Assembly (NCBI GenBank): GCA_048882505.1
Contig: JBHLRO010000013.1
Coordinates: forward strand, 69,281-101,280
Source of the DNA: Candidatus Thorarchaeota archaeon
Lineage (GTDB): Archaea; Asgardarchaeota; Heimdallarchaeia; Hodarchaeales; Hodarchaeaceae
DNA length: 32,000 bases
Direction: 5' to 3'
The notes below the pieces were generated by a model. It did no database searches. It had not been told where the DNA came from and worked only from the letters and a program-made list of their open reading frames with translations. Within the stretch, counting starts at the first letter, position 1. Every line of letters begins with the position of its first letter. Of this stretch, positions 1-10,348 are shown piece by piece. The position numbers were made by a program, and so were the translations under genes.

Positions 1-1327
1 CAAGCGTATTGTAATAACGTCCTTGATCCAAAGAACGTGGATTATCTTTAATTTGCAACCATGCCTGTTCACATAATTCTTGACTTTCCTTCACATATTT
101 TGGACCCATATTGGACAGTAATTCCGCATAGGCAAGGAGGATCACTACAGGGGGTTTGGTAAAACAAGATAGGCTCTTTTCATAGTATTTTTTGGCTTTC
201 TCTTGATCACCCTTAGTAATCTCAAGCCATCCTAAAGCGCCGTAAGTATATCCCATTCCCAGCTTATCTTCTTCTCTACAATCATCTAGGCTCGCTTTAT
301 AGTGTGTGACAGCACTCTTATGGTCGCCCATAACGGTACAAATCATCCCCAATACATTATGGCTAAAAGCACTATGCCAATGATAATTAAACTCCTCTGA
401 ATTAAGTTTCAATGCTTCTTGAAGATAGTTAATTGCGCGTGTATATTCACCAGTGAAACGTAAGTTGGATCCAAGTTTATTCAAAATTATCAAGCGTCTG
501 TAAGAGGCTCTATCCAGAAGTGCCAACGCTTCTTCCAGTAATTCAATTGCCCAATGGTATTCGTCAAACGGATTTACAAGTATGGTAGCAAAGTTAAGAA
601 GTAGATTGGTGCGAATATCTACACTTTCATTTTGACAGACATGTAGACAATTTTTCATGTTTTCAAGGAACGACTCTCGATCTCTTTTCGATTGAAAAAT
701 ACGGGCTTGAATAAACAGAAAGTATCCTTCTAGTAAATTAGAGTCATGTAAATGATCTGATTTCCTTAATCTACTTACCACCTTTTGTACCAATCCCTCC
801 CAATGAAATTCAGAGATACCATGAGTAAATATCCAACAGAAGTCCAAAACTGGTAACCAATGGCTTGATAGTTTAGAATAACTATATCTAAGCCCTTGAT
901 CGAGTATCCTTGAAAATTCCTCCTCATTATGTAGTTTTCGTGTGCATCTAATGAGTTGTGATAAATAATAAAGATGGCTGGGAGGATCTTCTTCCGTTGA
1001 ATTCGCCGCTGCTTCAAATAAAGCGAAACTTGTGGAATAATCATGCAAATGGTAGCTAATAGAACCTAATTTCCCTTGAATTTTGGTTAATAACGATTGA
1101 TTTTCCGTAATTGAAACAGCATGAGGCGCTAGAGAGAGTGCTTCTTCAAAAGCAATCTTAGCTTTATCAAAATCCCCTTTATGACGAGTAAGTTCCCCAG
1201 TTATTAAATAAGTCCAGAATTTTCCTCTAATAGTTGTTTCTTTTAGCTGGTCATGAATTTTCTCTGCGTCGGAGATCCGATGTTGCGAAAGGAGGCGTTT
1301 CACTTCCTCGTAGATACGCAACGACAT
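1..1327 (-). CDS. Tetratricopeptide-repeat (TPR) protein, partial (runs off the left edge; at least 442 aa)
   Basis: Absent from the ORF track. Manual translation gives an open minus-strand frame from ATG at 1327 to the window edge (MSLRIYEEVKRLL...). It has repeated TPR-like helices: GELTRHKGDFDKAKIAFEEAL, LGSNLRFTGEYTRAINYLQEAL, LGMICTVMGDHKSAVTHYKASL, LGWLEITKGDQEKAKKYYEKSL. Confidence 0.82.
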   Translation of the reverse strand, partial: MSLRIYEEVKRLLSQHRISDAEKIHDQLKETTIRGKFWTYLITGELTRHKGDFDKAKIAFEEALSLAPHAVSITENQSLLTKIQGKLGSISYHLHDYSTSFALFEAAANSTEEDPPSHLYYLSQLIRCTRKLHNEEEFSRILDQGLRYSYSKLSSHWLPVLDFCWIFTHGISEFHWEGLVQKVVSRLRKSDHLHDSNLLEGYFLFIQARIFQSKRDRESFLENMKNCLHVCQNESVDIRTNLLLNFATILVNPFDEYHWAIELLEEALALLDRASYRRLIILNKLGSNLRFTGEYTRAINYLQEALKLNSEEFNYHWHSAFSHNVLGMICTVMGDHKSAVTHYKASLDDCREEDKLGMGYTYGALGWLEITKGDQEKAKKYYEKSLSCFTKPPVVILLAYAELLSNMGPKYVKESQELCEQAWLQIKDNPRSLDQGRYYNTL

Positions 1328-1643
1328 GAGATATTGGCTCCAATTATACGTTGCTTTCAATCGGTTCGACTTAAATACAATTTACTGTTGAATCCAAAAA
1401 AAACCAAAAGACAAATTGAAAAAACTAGTTTTCCGTGTTGATATTCCTATTCTACTACTAATGCTATCGTGTGATTGGGGTTCCAAAGACCAATAGGGAA
1501 ATAGAAGGAGATTAAATCAGTTGCCAGCTGTCATCATCTCTACACCATCAGAATTTAATCTAGGCAGTGTAGATCCAGACGGTAAAACCTTCATCACTCC
1601 TGAAACGGAAGTTCTCTCTGGATTTATCAATCCCGTTGATGAC

Positions 1644-4208
1644 CTATATCCGATCGATTCTTAAATAGATCTGGTCTATTTTCGGTACTAAGGCAATGGT
1701 TTGTGCGATCACATCACAGACAGAGAGGAAATATTCTAGTTCAGTATTTGATATGGGCCTCGGAATTGTATTCTTTTTATACTGGAGACTATAGCGACGA
1801 GAATGCAACCATTGCTTAAGAACTTGACAATTACCGATTTTGAAGTCCCACATCTCCTGAGTAACGTTTCCTATAAAGAACGTTCCATTAACTTCTTTTT
1901 TATCCTTAGATTGAAGATATATTCGTTGTTTTCCCGGATCATATGAAATTTTAGTAATTTTAAGGTTCTTAGAACCACTTATAGGGAATTCGGATTGACG
2001 TTTATTAATAGATTTTAATAAATGCAAAGAAATAAGTTTTTCACCGAGATCAGACATCTGATAAAAATCGGATTCATTTTCTGGGAATGGTATTTTTGGA
2101 AAATCACGAATCAATAGAGACTCATACCGTATTCGATACGTTCGAGAGAATAAAACTCCGTAAACGTAGTTTATCAGCATTTCGGATTTAATCTGATAGT
2201 TTAGAGGTGGGAGAACGACATTGGAATTACCTTGTATCTTTGTGACAAATCCATAAGCAGATTCTTTAGATTTGGGGGAAAGGAAACACTTGTGAAATGG
2301 TTTCTCTGTAATAAAAACGTGGGTAAATGGGGAATTTAGTAAGAGTTTGGTCACTATCAAGGCTGGATTATTATCTGAAATGTTATCCATCAAACGTTTC
2401 CGATACCGATCGATTAGCTCAGGTTCATATGAAAGGAACCTGTCATCAAATCCCCTATAACCAAAAGGTTTAATGAGTGCGATACTGCGATCACCTATCC
2501 CAAGCCCCTGGATACGATTTTTATCAAAATCCTGTGTTGAGTGTATACGTACACCCATTGATTCTAGGTTTTTTTCCCTTTTTCCGAAAAACAGTTTCAG
2601 TCGGTGTCTCAGAGTTTTTTTATCAACATCTATGACAAGTTTATCCCTGTGAGTAGCGATTCCCACACTCTTATATCCAAATAATTGATCTAGTGAATAG
2701 AACTTCTCATACCTTTTTTGAATATCATCAGGTGTCTCTGAGGGGACAAACAATAGATCTTCAGTAACAGGAATTTGAGAGAATCTCGAAGTATCAAATC
2801 CCCCAGCAAGTTCCGCGAATTTTTCGATTGTTTGGGGATGAGAGAGACTCCAATAATGAACTTTGGCTAGAGAATGATGAGCTTGGTTTGTGTAAACAAG
2901 GAAGAATACACAAACACCTAATTTAATGTTAAATGGATTGCCAGTTTCTCCTTTGCGGAGGTCACCATGAAGATTAACAATGTAAATATGATCAAAAACT
3001 CGTAACAGTTCTTTTCTCATCCCTCGGAAGATCTTTCCATCCAAAAAAGTATTATTGGTTATATATGCCACAATTCCTTTCTTTTTTTGTCCCACTATCC
3101 ACTGAGCCCAACGAATGAATTTAATATAATCATCTGAAAGCGGTTGGACATTTCGTTCATTTATCTTCTTCTTATAGTCTTTCAAGATGGTTATTAACCA
3201 CTGAGGTCTATTCTTGGACAATCTACGATATGGCGGGTTTCCTAATACTACTACTACATCAACCTTTGATTCGAGGAATTTAAGTTCCAAGGCATTACGT
3301 AAATACATGTTTGGTAGGTTATATGAATCAGGGGCGATTCCCAAGTCCGCAGTAGCGAGCCAAATACAGAAGTGACTAATCAAGTAGGGGGTTGGAAGCA
3401 CTTCGAATGTAAAAAGATTTTTTAGAAATCCTTCGTTATACCACCTAGTTAATTCTTGTATGGCTTGTGACTGTTGAGTAGAATATGAGGTGAAGAACCA
3501 ATCCTTGGCAAAGCGAAGTATCCCAAGAGGAAATGCCGATGTTCCACTTGCAGGATCAATTAAGATTATATCAGGGTCTAGAGCTCCCCCCTTTTTTCCT
3601 AAATCAGAACGTAGGAGACTGTCGATCCCTTGGACAATAAAATCAACTATTGTTGGGTGAGTATTGATCACACCCTGTTTTTTCGCCGTTTCAGTGTTAT
3701 AATTCCTCAGGAAAGAACTGTAAAATAGATTTATCACCTGGTCTTCTCGAAAATTACGGAAAAACTCGGACAATTCAGCTTTATTAATGATGGCAAGAAT
3801 TGTATTGACATGATGCTCAAGTAACGGATTTGAAAATATGGAAACGAAGTTTTTCAAGAACAGATGTTTATTATAGCAGGAAATTAAGCTATATTGCTGG
3901 GAAAATCGGTTCGATTCTGGCAATTTGCTACCCTGCCAAACCCAAGAAACGAAAATGAAATTTATTATTGATTCAGCAAGAAACTTCGTCAAATCTCGCA
4001 TACTTAGCGAAATATCACTAGAACTAGTTGGTATCCATTTCTGAGTTTTAATAAGCCAATCCTTAACCATCAATTCTTCCGGGGTTAATTCTCCCTTCTG
4101 TGTCAGGATTTTTAAGAATACTTGTTGAAGATTATTGGCGTAGGGTATCAAATCCCTAGACAAACCTGTAATCGCTCTGTTTTCTGAATTACAACTGAAT
4201 CTTTTCAA
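1644..4208 (-). CDS. Type ISP-like N6-adenine DNA methyltransferase with C-terminal specificity domain; no nuclease or helicase domain visible
   Basis: Motif I-like IDPASGTSAF, motif IV VLGNPPY, DDYIKFIRWA, ITNNTFLDG, NLHGD and C-terminal WDFKIGNCQVLKQWL match type ISP-like MTase/TRD proteins. TTG start, with an in-frame TGA 7 codons upstream. Confidence 0.85.
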   Translation of the reverse strand: MKRFSCNSENRAITGLSRDLIPYANNLQQVFLKILTQKGELTPEELMVKDWLIKTQKWIPTSSSDISLSMRDLTKFLAESIINFIFVSWVWQGSKLPESNRFSQQYSLISCYNKHLFLKNFVSIFSNPLLEHHVNTILAIINKAELSEFFRNFREDQVINLFYSSFLRNYNTETAKKQGVINTHPTIVDFIVQGIDSLLRSDLGKKGGALDPDIILIDPASGTSAFPLGILRFAKDWFFTSYSTQQSQAIQELTRWYNEGFLKNLFTFEVLPTPYLISHFCIWLATADLGIAPDSYNLPNMYLRNALELKFLESKVDVVVVLGNPPYRRLSKNRPQWLITILKDYKKKINERNVQPLSDDYIKFIRWAQWIVGQKKKGIVAYITNNTFLDGKIFRGMRKELLRVFDHIYIVNLHGDLRKGETGNPFNIKLGVCVFFLVYTNQAHHSLAKVHYWSLSHPQTIEKFAELAGGFDTSRFSQIPVTEDLLFVPSETPDDIQKRYEKFYSLDQLFGYKSVGIATHRDKLVIDVDKKTLRHRLKLFFGKREKNLESMGVRIHSTQDFDKNRIQGLGIGDRSIALIKPFGYRGFDDRFLSYEPELIDRYRKRLMDNISDNNPALIVTKLLLNSPFTHVFITEKPFHKCFLSPKSKESAYGFVTKIQGNSNVVLPPLNYQIKSEMLINYVYGVLFSRTYRIRYESLLIRDFPKIPFPENESDFYQMSDLGEKLISLHLLKSINKRQSEFPISGSKNLKITKISYDPGKQRIYLQSKDKKEVNGTFFIGNVTQEMWDFKIGNCQVLKQWLHSRRYSLQYKKNTIPRPISNTELEYFLSVCDVIAQTIALVPKIDQIYLRIDRI

Positions 4209-4415
4209 GCGAATCTTCCCAATGTTTCAATTAGCGATCCTAAATGCTTTATTGTACCTTCGAATTCTCTTCTTCAGTAAAACTTTCTTACTATATGAGA
4301 ATTATCCTTAAAGCCATTGATATTAAGTAAAATAATAGAGAAGAAGAAATTATGGTTGAAGGGACCCAGATGATTTAGCTCCCCAAGAGGTACAAATCTA
4401 GAAATACGATATTTT

Positions 4416-5261
4416 GTGATTATGACAAAAATAAGGTTGAAGATCCAATTGGGCACCAATTCGCTGAAATTGAACTTGGAGGAGAAACCACTTATTGGTA
4501 TGATTCATCTTCCCTCATTAACAGGGTCAATAACTGATTTAGAAGAACGTACCCGTATTTTGGAGGACGCACGACAAGATATGAAGATTTTATCTTCAAC
4601 GGGTTTCAATGCAATTCTAGTCGAGAATTATGGAGACCGTCCCTTTCCTAAATATCGTTTAGATGATGCAAGGTTTCTTGTTTTTTCCTATATCGTATCG
4701 AGATTAATTTCTGAGGTTAAAATACCCCTAGGAATAAACATACTACGTAATGCATGTGATCAAGCTTTAACTTTAGCAACTGTGACTGGAGCAAGCTTTA
4801 TTAGGTGTAATGTTTGGGAAGGAGCCTATATCACAGATCAAGGCATAATCGAAGGAGTCGCCTATCAAGTTCAAAAGAGAAAAACTGAATTAAAATCATA
4901 TGTGAAAATTCTAGCTGATATCCATGTCAAACATTCAACATCACTCGGCCAGTTTACTCTTGGGGAAGCCGCACAAAATGCCTTGATACGGGGGAAAGCT
5001 GAAGCGATAATCGTTACGGGCCGTTCTACGGGGAAACCGATATCACCTTCCGAACTACGAGAATTAGCCTTAAATTCCAATATAAAACCTATACTAGGAA
5101 GTGGCCTCAACTTTGAGAACATTCCGTCATTTTTTCCTTATTTATCAGGCGCGATCGTTGGAACTGCCATAAAAAAGAATCCCAAAGATCTTTTCACTGC
5201 AGTTGATCCAGTTAAATCCAAAAGAATTGCCCAAAGATGGATTTCCATGAAAAATGGATGA
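4416..5261 (+). CDS. BtpA/SgcQ family TIM-barrel protein
   Basis: KPLIGMIHLP, VENYGDRPF, GINILRN, ADIHVKH, IIVTGRSTG and GAIVGTAIK are typical of the family. The real start is probably TTG 4470 or 4476. Confidence 0.85.
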   Translation: MIMTKIRLKIQLGTNSLKLNLEEKPLIGMIHLPSLTGSITDLEERTRILEDARQDMKILSSTGFNAILVENYGDRPFPKYRLDDARFLVFSYIVSRLISEVKIPLGINILRNACDQALTLATVTGASFIRCNVWEGAYITDQGIIEGVAYQVQKRKTELKSYVKILADIHVKHSTSLGQFTLGEAAQNALIRGKAEAIIVTGRSTGKPISPSELRELALNSNIKPILGSGLNFENIPSFFPYLSGAIVGTAIKKNPKDLFTAVDPVKSKRIAQRWISMKNG

Positions 5262-5311
5262 TTCCAAACCCTAAATATCATATAAACATCAGTGTGAGAT
5301 GAAAGGAAGAT

Positions 5312-6166
5312 ATGTTAACTCAAATCCCTTCAGTAACAATTGAAACGATCGTTGGTGCCCTAATACTTACGGGAATAGCGGGATTTGCTACAACAATTGG
5401 TGCTGGTTTCGCTTTTATTTCAACGAAACCTTCTGTTCGATTACTTGCAGTAGGTTTGGGATTTTCTGGAGGGGTTATGCTTGCTGTTTCATTTATCGAA
5501 CTGCTTCCTTCAGCCATAGATGAGTTTAGCGCAGCGGGTGCTTCCGACCGAGACTCTTTTCTACTGGGAAATATTTGGTTTTTTGTTGGAATTCTTTGTA
5601 TCTTTATTGTAGACATTCTGGTTCCTCATTTATACAAGGAGGAAGATTCAAGTCGTTCTCCTCATTGGACCAATGTCACGAACAATAATAAAAAGCAAAT
5701 TCCGTTGTCCAAAGGGGAGCTCCATCGTATAGGGGTGTTGACTGCGGTGGGAATCTTTATTCATAATTTTCCTGAGGGTTTAGTCACCTTTACAAGTTCC
5801 TTAAAATCCTTGGAACTCGGATTCGTGCTGGCAATTGCTGTTGGCCTACATAATATTCCGGAAGGCCTTTCAGTCAGCATTCCGATCGTTTCAGCAAGTG
5901 AAAACAAATGGCATGCATTTCGTTTGGGACTTCTTTCGGGCCTAGCTGAGCCAATGGGTGCACTTATAGCCGCCTTTCTTTTATTTCCATTTCTCTCTCC
6001 TACACTGATAGGAACTTCATTGGCCTTCGTAGCAGGAATCATGGTCTTTATTTCGTTTGATGAACTTCTTCCAGCTGCCAAATCCGCTGATGATTCCCAC
6101 CTTGTAACTCTCGGTATAATAGCTGGTATGATCATTATGTCTCTTACCCTTTGGATGTTTTCGTAA
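5312..6166 (+). CDS. zupT: ZIP-family zinc/metal transporter ZupT
   Basis: Multi-TM protein with GFSGGVMLAVSFIELLP, HNFPEG, HNIPEG and GLAEPMGA signatures. Confidence 0.92.
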   Translation: MLTQIPSVTIETIVGALILTGIAGFATTIGAGFAFISTKPSVRLLAVGLGFSGGVMLAVSFIELLPSAIDEFSAAGASDRDSFLLGNIWFFVGILCIFIVDILVPHLYKEEDSSRSPHWTNVTNNNKKQIPLSKGELHRIGVLTAVGIFIHNFPEGLVTFTSSLKSLELGFVLAIAVGLHNIPEGLSVSIPIVSASENKWHAFRLGLLSGLAEPMGALIAAFLLFPFLSPTLIGTSLAFVAGIMVFISFDELLPAAKSADDSHLVTLGIIAGMIIMSLTLWMFS

Positions 6167-6249
6167 CCTCAAAGATCCTCTAAAACTGTAGGAAGAAAAA
6201 GCGTGTGATATTGTGAGGTTAAAAGCGGAGAGGCGAGAAAGGATTTGGA

Positions 6250-6552
6250 GTGAATTTCGTGTTTCCAGAAAATCCCCAGGTAAACTACCTGAAATTGGGG
6301 GAAATAATAACATTCAAGAGGCTGAAGACTTTAGCGACTCAATATAGATTGGTCATTGTGATTTGGCGTGAAATCCATATAGTTAATGACCCTCTTAGAC
6401 TCAACAACAGTCATATATATCCTCAGGGTTCCTATCGGGTAGAGGATATTGATGCTAGAGGACAATGGATTGAACTACGGTATCTTCCTCCAGAGAATGT
6501 CCCTCTTTCGATAAGAGAATCCTCGGTTAACGAAATAAGTGTGAATTTGTAG
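6250..6552 (+). CDS. Hypothetical protein, 100 aa
   Basis: GTG-start ORF with purine-rich upstream sequence. It fills the gap between zupT and the DMT gene and has a globular-looking composition, but no recognisable motif. Confidence 0.45.
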   Translation: MNFVFPENPQVNYLKLGEIITFKRLKTLATQYRLVIVIWREIHIVNDPLRLNNSHIYPQGSYRVEDIDARGQWIELRYLPPENVPLSIRESSVNEISVNL

Positions 6553-6725
6553 CAATCCTCACCATGAAATCGATTCTCAATTTAATCCAACCTTAGGTAT
6601 TTATATCTTCCAATTTTTCCGTTTCCAATAGCTGTTTTTTTGCGTCAAACGCGAATAGAACTTTCAAGTTCCTTAAGATCAATCGTTTGATGTAATGGTT
6701 TGATTTGACTACCATGTGGTAAAAC

Positions 6726-7595
6726 ATGCCTCCCTTATCAGATAACCTTTTGATCTTGGGTACAATGATCATTTATGGCGTTTTCAGCGGAGGCTCGGCG
6801 ATTATCCTTAAGAAAGGTATTATTCGGGCTGGGGGTATACCTATTACAAATTTTTTCCGTGATCTTTTACCTGCTACTTGGCGATTGGTATCAACTCCAT
6901 TATGGCTTTTTGGAGGATTCATCGCTCTTATTGGATTCCTAATATATGCGTATGCCTTGAACTCCTATGAAGTTTCAGTTGTTAAACCCTTAGTTAACAC
7001 TAATTTATTATTTACATTCCTCTTCGCCTATTTAATCTTTCATGAAAAGCTGTCCTCGGTGGAGTGGACGGGAGTGAGTACCCTCGTGGCAGGAATCCTA
7101 TTAACAGCTTTTTCTCCAGGAATTGAATCTGCAGATCTCATTAATGTCCCCTTGCTTTACCTTCTATTTCCTATGACTTTAATACTTGCATCCATCATGA
7201 TTTTTGTGATGTTCATCGTAAAACGGGGTTCTGCTGAATTTGTTTTCCCTGTTTTTGCTGGAATATTCTTTGGGATGGGAACCTTCTTTACTAAGAGTCT
7301 TCTGATTGGGTATTCAGAGCTCGGAACTTTAACCTATGCATTACTATTTTTGTACTCGTTACTGATGCTAATGTTAACTTATGGATTGGCTGCGCTCGGA
7401 CAACAACTAGCGTTTGAGAAGGGAAGGTTAAGTGTCATATCACCCATATCAAATTCCCTAACTGTGATAACATCCCTGGTTGGCGCCAATTGGATATTTT
7501 TTGAGACATTTAATGAAATTAGGCTTCTTGGTATCGGCTGTATTTTGGTTTCACTGTTTATTTTGCGTAGAGAAATTGATCAGCCTAAAATCTAG
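6726..7595 (+). CDS. DMT/EamA superfamily transporter
   Basis: About 9-10 hydrophobic segments; VSVVKPLVNTNLLFTFLFAYLIFHEKLS is an EamA-type repeat end. Confidence 0.8.
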   Translation: MPPLSDNLLILGTMIIYGVFSGGSAIILKKGIIRAGGIPITNFFRDLLPATWRLVSTPLWLFGGFIALIGFLIYAYALNSYEVSVVKPLVNTNLLFTFLFAYLIFHEKLSSVEWTGVSTLVAGILLTAFSPGIESADLINVPLLYLLFPMTLILASIMIFVMFIVKRGSAEFVFPVFAGIFFGMGTFFTKSLLIGYSELGTLTYALLFLYSLLMLMLTYGLAALGQQLAFEKGRLSVISPISNSLTVITSLVGANWIFFETFNEIRLLGIGCILVSLFILRREIDQPKI

Positions 7596-8527
7596 GCCAT
7601 CGTACGCTCTGAAGTGTCCATTTTTACTATTTGATAGAGCTGGATCGCAACCACGCTAATAACGAGAAGAATCAGCCCAATCCATTCAAAATCACGAGGC
7701 CATTCTTGCAGGAATATAATAGCGAGAACCACCGTCTGGGGAAGCATTGTACTGTTTATCAAAGTGCTATCCATTGCCCGAAGATGTCTCATTGAACTAT
7801 TCCACAACGTAAAGGCCAGGGCAGTGTTAACTATACCCAACCACACGATGTAAAATATCGCTATGGGCGAAAAATTGAGAATTAGAGTAAAATCCTCGGT
7901 TAGAAATCCCCATCCCAATAACCCAAAAGCTCCTATGGTCATACTTACACCCGTCACCAATAATGTTGGATTTCCCGAGCGATTTATTGACCTACCTTGA
8001 ATCGTAGCAATCGAGTTGGCAAGAAGCTCGACTACCACGATAAACAGTCCAAAAAGAGTCGCGGTACTAAAATCTACAGGAGTAAAATAAATCAGAACGC
8101 CAATAAGAACAACAACAAAAAAGAAGATCTCAAATTTTGAAGGGCTTTCACTCAATAGGATGATGGACAGGATAATAACCACAAATATCGTTAGGTTTAG
8201 CACAAAAGAGACAGTGATTGCTGGGAGTAGAGATAGAGCCAAAAACTGAGTCCCTTGTGTGATAGTGATAAAAACTAGTCCGTATATCGTTATGTTACCC
8301 CACCACCGCCGTGATTGATACGAAAGCCATTTTCTGCTATTCTTATCTTTCAGAATTAAGATAATAAGAATGATGGCACCTATAACATAACGTAATCCAG
8401 CAAAGATGAGAGGGGGAATCTCTGTAAGCCCGAACTTTATGATTACCCACGATGAAGACCAGAGAAGAGTGACTAAAACAGCCTGGCCCACTGCACTGAG
8501 ATATTCCTTGCTTAGGCGCGCTTCCAA
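7592..8527 (-). CDS. EamA/DMT family transporter
   Basis: LLWSSSWVIIKFGLTEIPPLIFAGLRY N-terminal motif, two internal repeats, about 10 TM helices. TTG start. Confidence 0.88.
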   Translation of the reverse strand: MEARLSKEYLSAVGQAVLVTLLWSSSWVIIKFGLTEIPPLIFAGLRYVIGAIILIILILKDKNSRKWLSYQSRRWWGNITIYGLVFITITQGTQFLALSLLPAITVSFVLNLTIFVVIILSIILLSESPSKFEIFFFVVVLIGVLIYFTPVDFSTATLFGLFIVVVELLANSIATIQGRSINRSGNPTLLVTGVSMTIGAFGLLGWGFLTEDFTLILNFSPIAIFYIVWLGIVNTALAFTLWNSSMRHLRAMDSTLINSTMLPQTVVLAIIFLQEWPRDFEWIGLILLVISVVAIQLYQIVKMDTSERTMA

Positions 8528-8654
8528 AGTATCTCACGCTCGCTCTAAATTGATCTGGGAAGGTTTTACGATAAGGGATTCTTGCCAGGAATTTCGCTCT
8601 TAAATGAAAACTGTTTAATTTCCCAAACACTCACTATTCAGAGAGGTTCATATA

Positions 8655-9452
8655 ATGCCTCAAATGGGTAATCAAAGTTCTAGTGATTTATTAAATGAAC
8701 TATGGATGACTTACGGCCCTTTATTGGTTAGAATAGCGTTGGTTTTGTTGATAGTATTTTTTCTTTGGATCTTTTGGGGTTTTCTCCTTAGGCGTATTAA
8801 AGCACGAGTATCTCCTGAACTTCATAATGCTCTTCGAACTCTTGGACGTGCAACGTTCCTTTTATTAGGTTTATTTTGGATCGTTGGGGAGGAACTCTTC
8901 GTTGGTGCAGCAGCATTACTTGGAACTGCCATTGGATTTGCTTCCTCTACAACTATTGGAAATTTCATTAGCGGATTGTACCTTCTTGTCACCAATCCTT
9001 TTAATGTGGGCGATTATGTGATGATTCCCAGTTTCAATATAGAAGGAATAGTAGAAGAGATTTCCATCAATTACACGAAGATTTTGACGCCACAAGGGAT
9101 ACACGTAATTATTTCCAATCAAAAGCTCTTGGGAGCCTCAATATTTAATACAAATATCACAATTCCTTCAGAAACAATCAATAAGGGAAAAATAACATGG
9201 AGAGATCATGAAGCGGACAAATTTGATAGCATTGAAGATGTCGTCGATATCCTAAATCGTACTGAGAAGATAATCAGTTTAGCTACTAAGAAATTTAGCG
9301 AACGCACGGAAGAACCTATCAATTGGTTTCTTCTGGACCGTTCCACTTATCAGCTTAACCTCATCGTCTCAAATCCATACTCGATTTTTGACTTACGATC
9401 GGATATTCTGGGATATCTGGAATCAGAGCTGGAAAAAGCCCATTCTCTCTAG
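8655..9452 (+). CDS. mscS: Small-conductance mechanosensitive channel (MscS family)
   Basis: Three N-terminal TMs, GTAIGFASSTTIGNFISG pore helix, NPFNVGDYV...GIVEEISINYTKI...SNQKL beta domain. Confidence 0.85.
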   Translation: MPQMGNQSSSDLLNELWMTYGPLLVRIALVLLIVFFLWIFWGFLLRRIKARVSPELHNALRTLGRATFLLLGLFWIVGEELFVGAAALLGTAIGFASSTTIGNFISGLYLLVTNPFNVGDYVMIPSFNIEGIVEEISINYTKILTPQGIHVIISNQKLLGASIFNTNITIPSETINKGKITWRDHEADKFDSIEDVVDILNRTEKIISLATKKFSERTEEPINWFLLDRSTYQLNLIVSNPYSIFDLRSDILGYLESELEKAHSL

Positions 9453-10243
9453 CTATTTCTGCTTTTAAGGTATTTTAATCCTTCCATAAGGTTTGTGGAG
9501 TCCAGGTATGGGATTTGTTCCAACGGTATCCATCTTAAGATATTATCTTGCCATTCTTCATTGCCAGCTACGGGAATGGAGACATCGGGTGCTTCACCAT
9601 CACCTAGGATCCCACATTTGGTATGAATCATTAGGATGGCCGCATTACCTTTTTCCCCCCTAATAATCGCGATCAAGTCCATCAGATCTTCCTGAACTTG
9701 AATTTCCAATTCCTCACGTAATTCTCTAAGACATGCCTCCTGAAGCGTACCATTGATGTCAGAAATTTCAAACAAACCTCCAGGAAGCATTAAAAATCCG
9801 GGCTTATGCTCAGATTTCTGCGACCTTACTCCCGCCAAGAAATGAGTTTCTTTGGGATTCGTTATCAGCACCTTACATCCAAGAACGCCATGAGTTCCAG
9901 GAATACTCAGTTCATTACGATTATGATATGCCAGGAGGGAGAATTCAATCCAGGACGTTGTAAGCGTTAATACTCCTGAGCTCTCAGAGATGTTCTGTAG
10001 AACTAGAATTCTACCATCGTAAAGCGCAGAATATTGACGGGAAAGCTCTTTCCAATGGAGTTTACTTAATCTTAGGACCTTTGAGGAAAAATTAAATCGA
10101 TATTGGGGATCGTGCTCCCATGAAACATCAGAAAGCGTGATTTTTTGTTCCCAAAAGACCTTTGCCGAATTCATTCCCAATTTAAGGCCGCTAAAAATGG
10201 TTTTATCAATATAATTATTCCCTTCGCCTTGGATCTTCTTCAT
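9449..10243 (-). CDS. Nudix hydrolase
   Basis: Nudix box LPGGLFE...EACLRELREELEI, with an N-terminal extension. Confidence 0.8.
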   Translation of the reverse strand: MKKIQGEGNNYIDKTIFSGLKLGMNSAKVFWEQKITLSDVSWEHDPQYRFNFSSKVLRLSKLHWKELSRQYSALYDGRILVLQNISESSGVLTLTTSWIEFSLLAYHNRNELSIPGTHGVLGCKVLITNPKETHFLAGVRSQKSEHKPGFLMLPGGLFEISDINGTLQEACLRELREELEIQVQEDLMDLIAIIRGEKGNAAILMIHTKCGILGDGEAPDVSIPVAGNEEWQDNILRWIPLEQIPYLDSTNLMEGLKYLKSRNS

Positions 10244-10348
10244 GCGAAACTTGGACTTTAGCAGAAATATAAACTCTTGTCCTTGAACAATAGAATTTGC
10301 AAGGCGCTCACAATTTTAATGACGAATCGACGACCATGAGGCTCGTAT

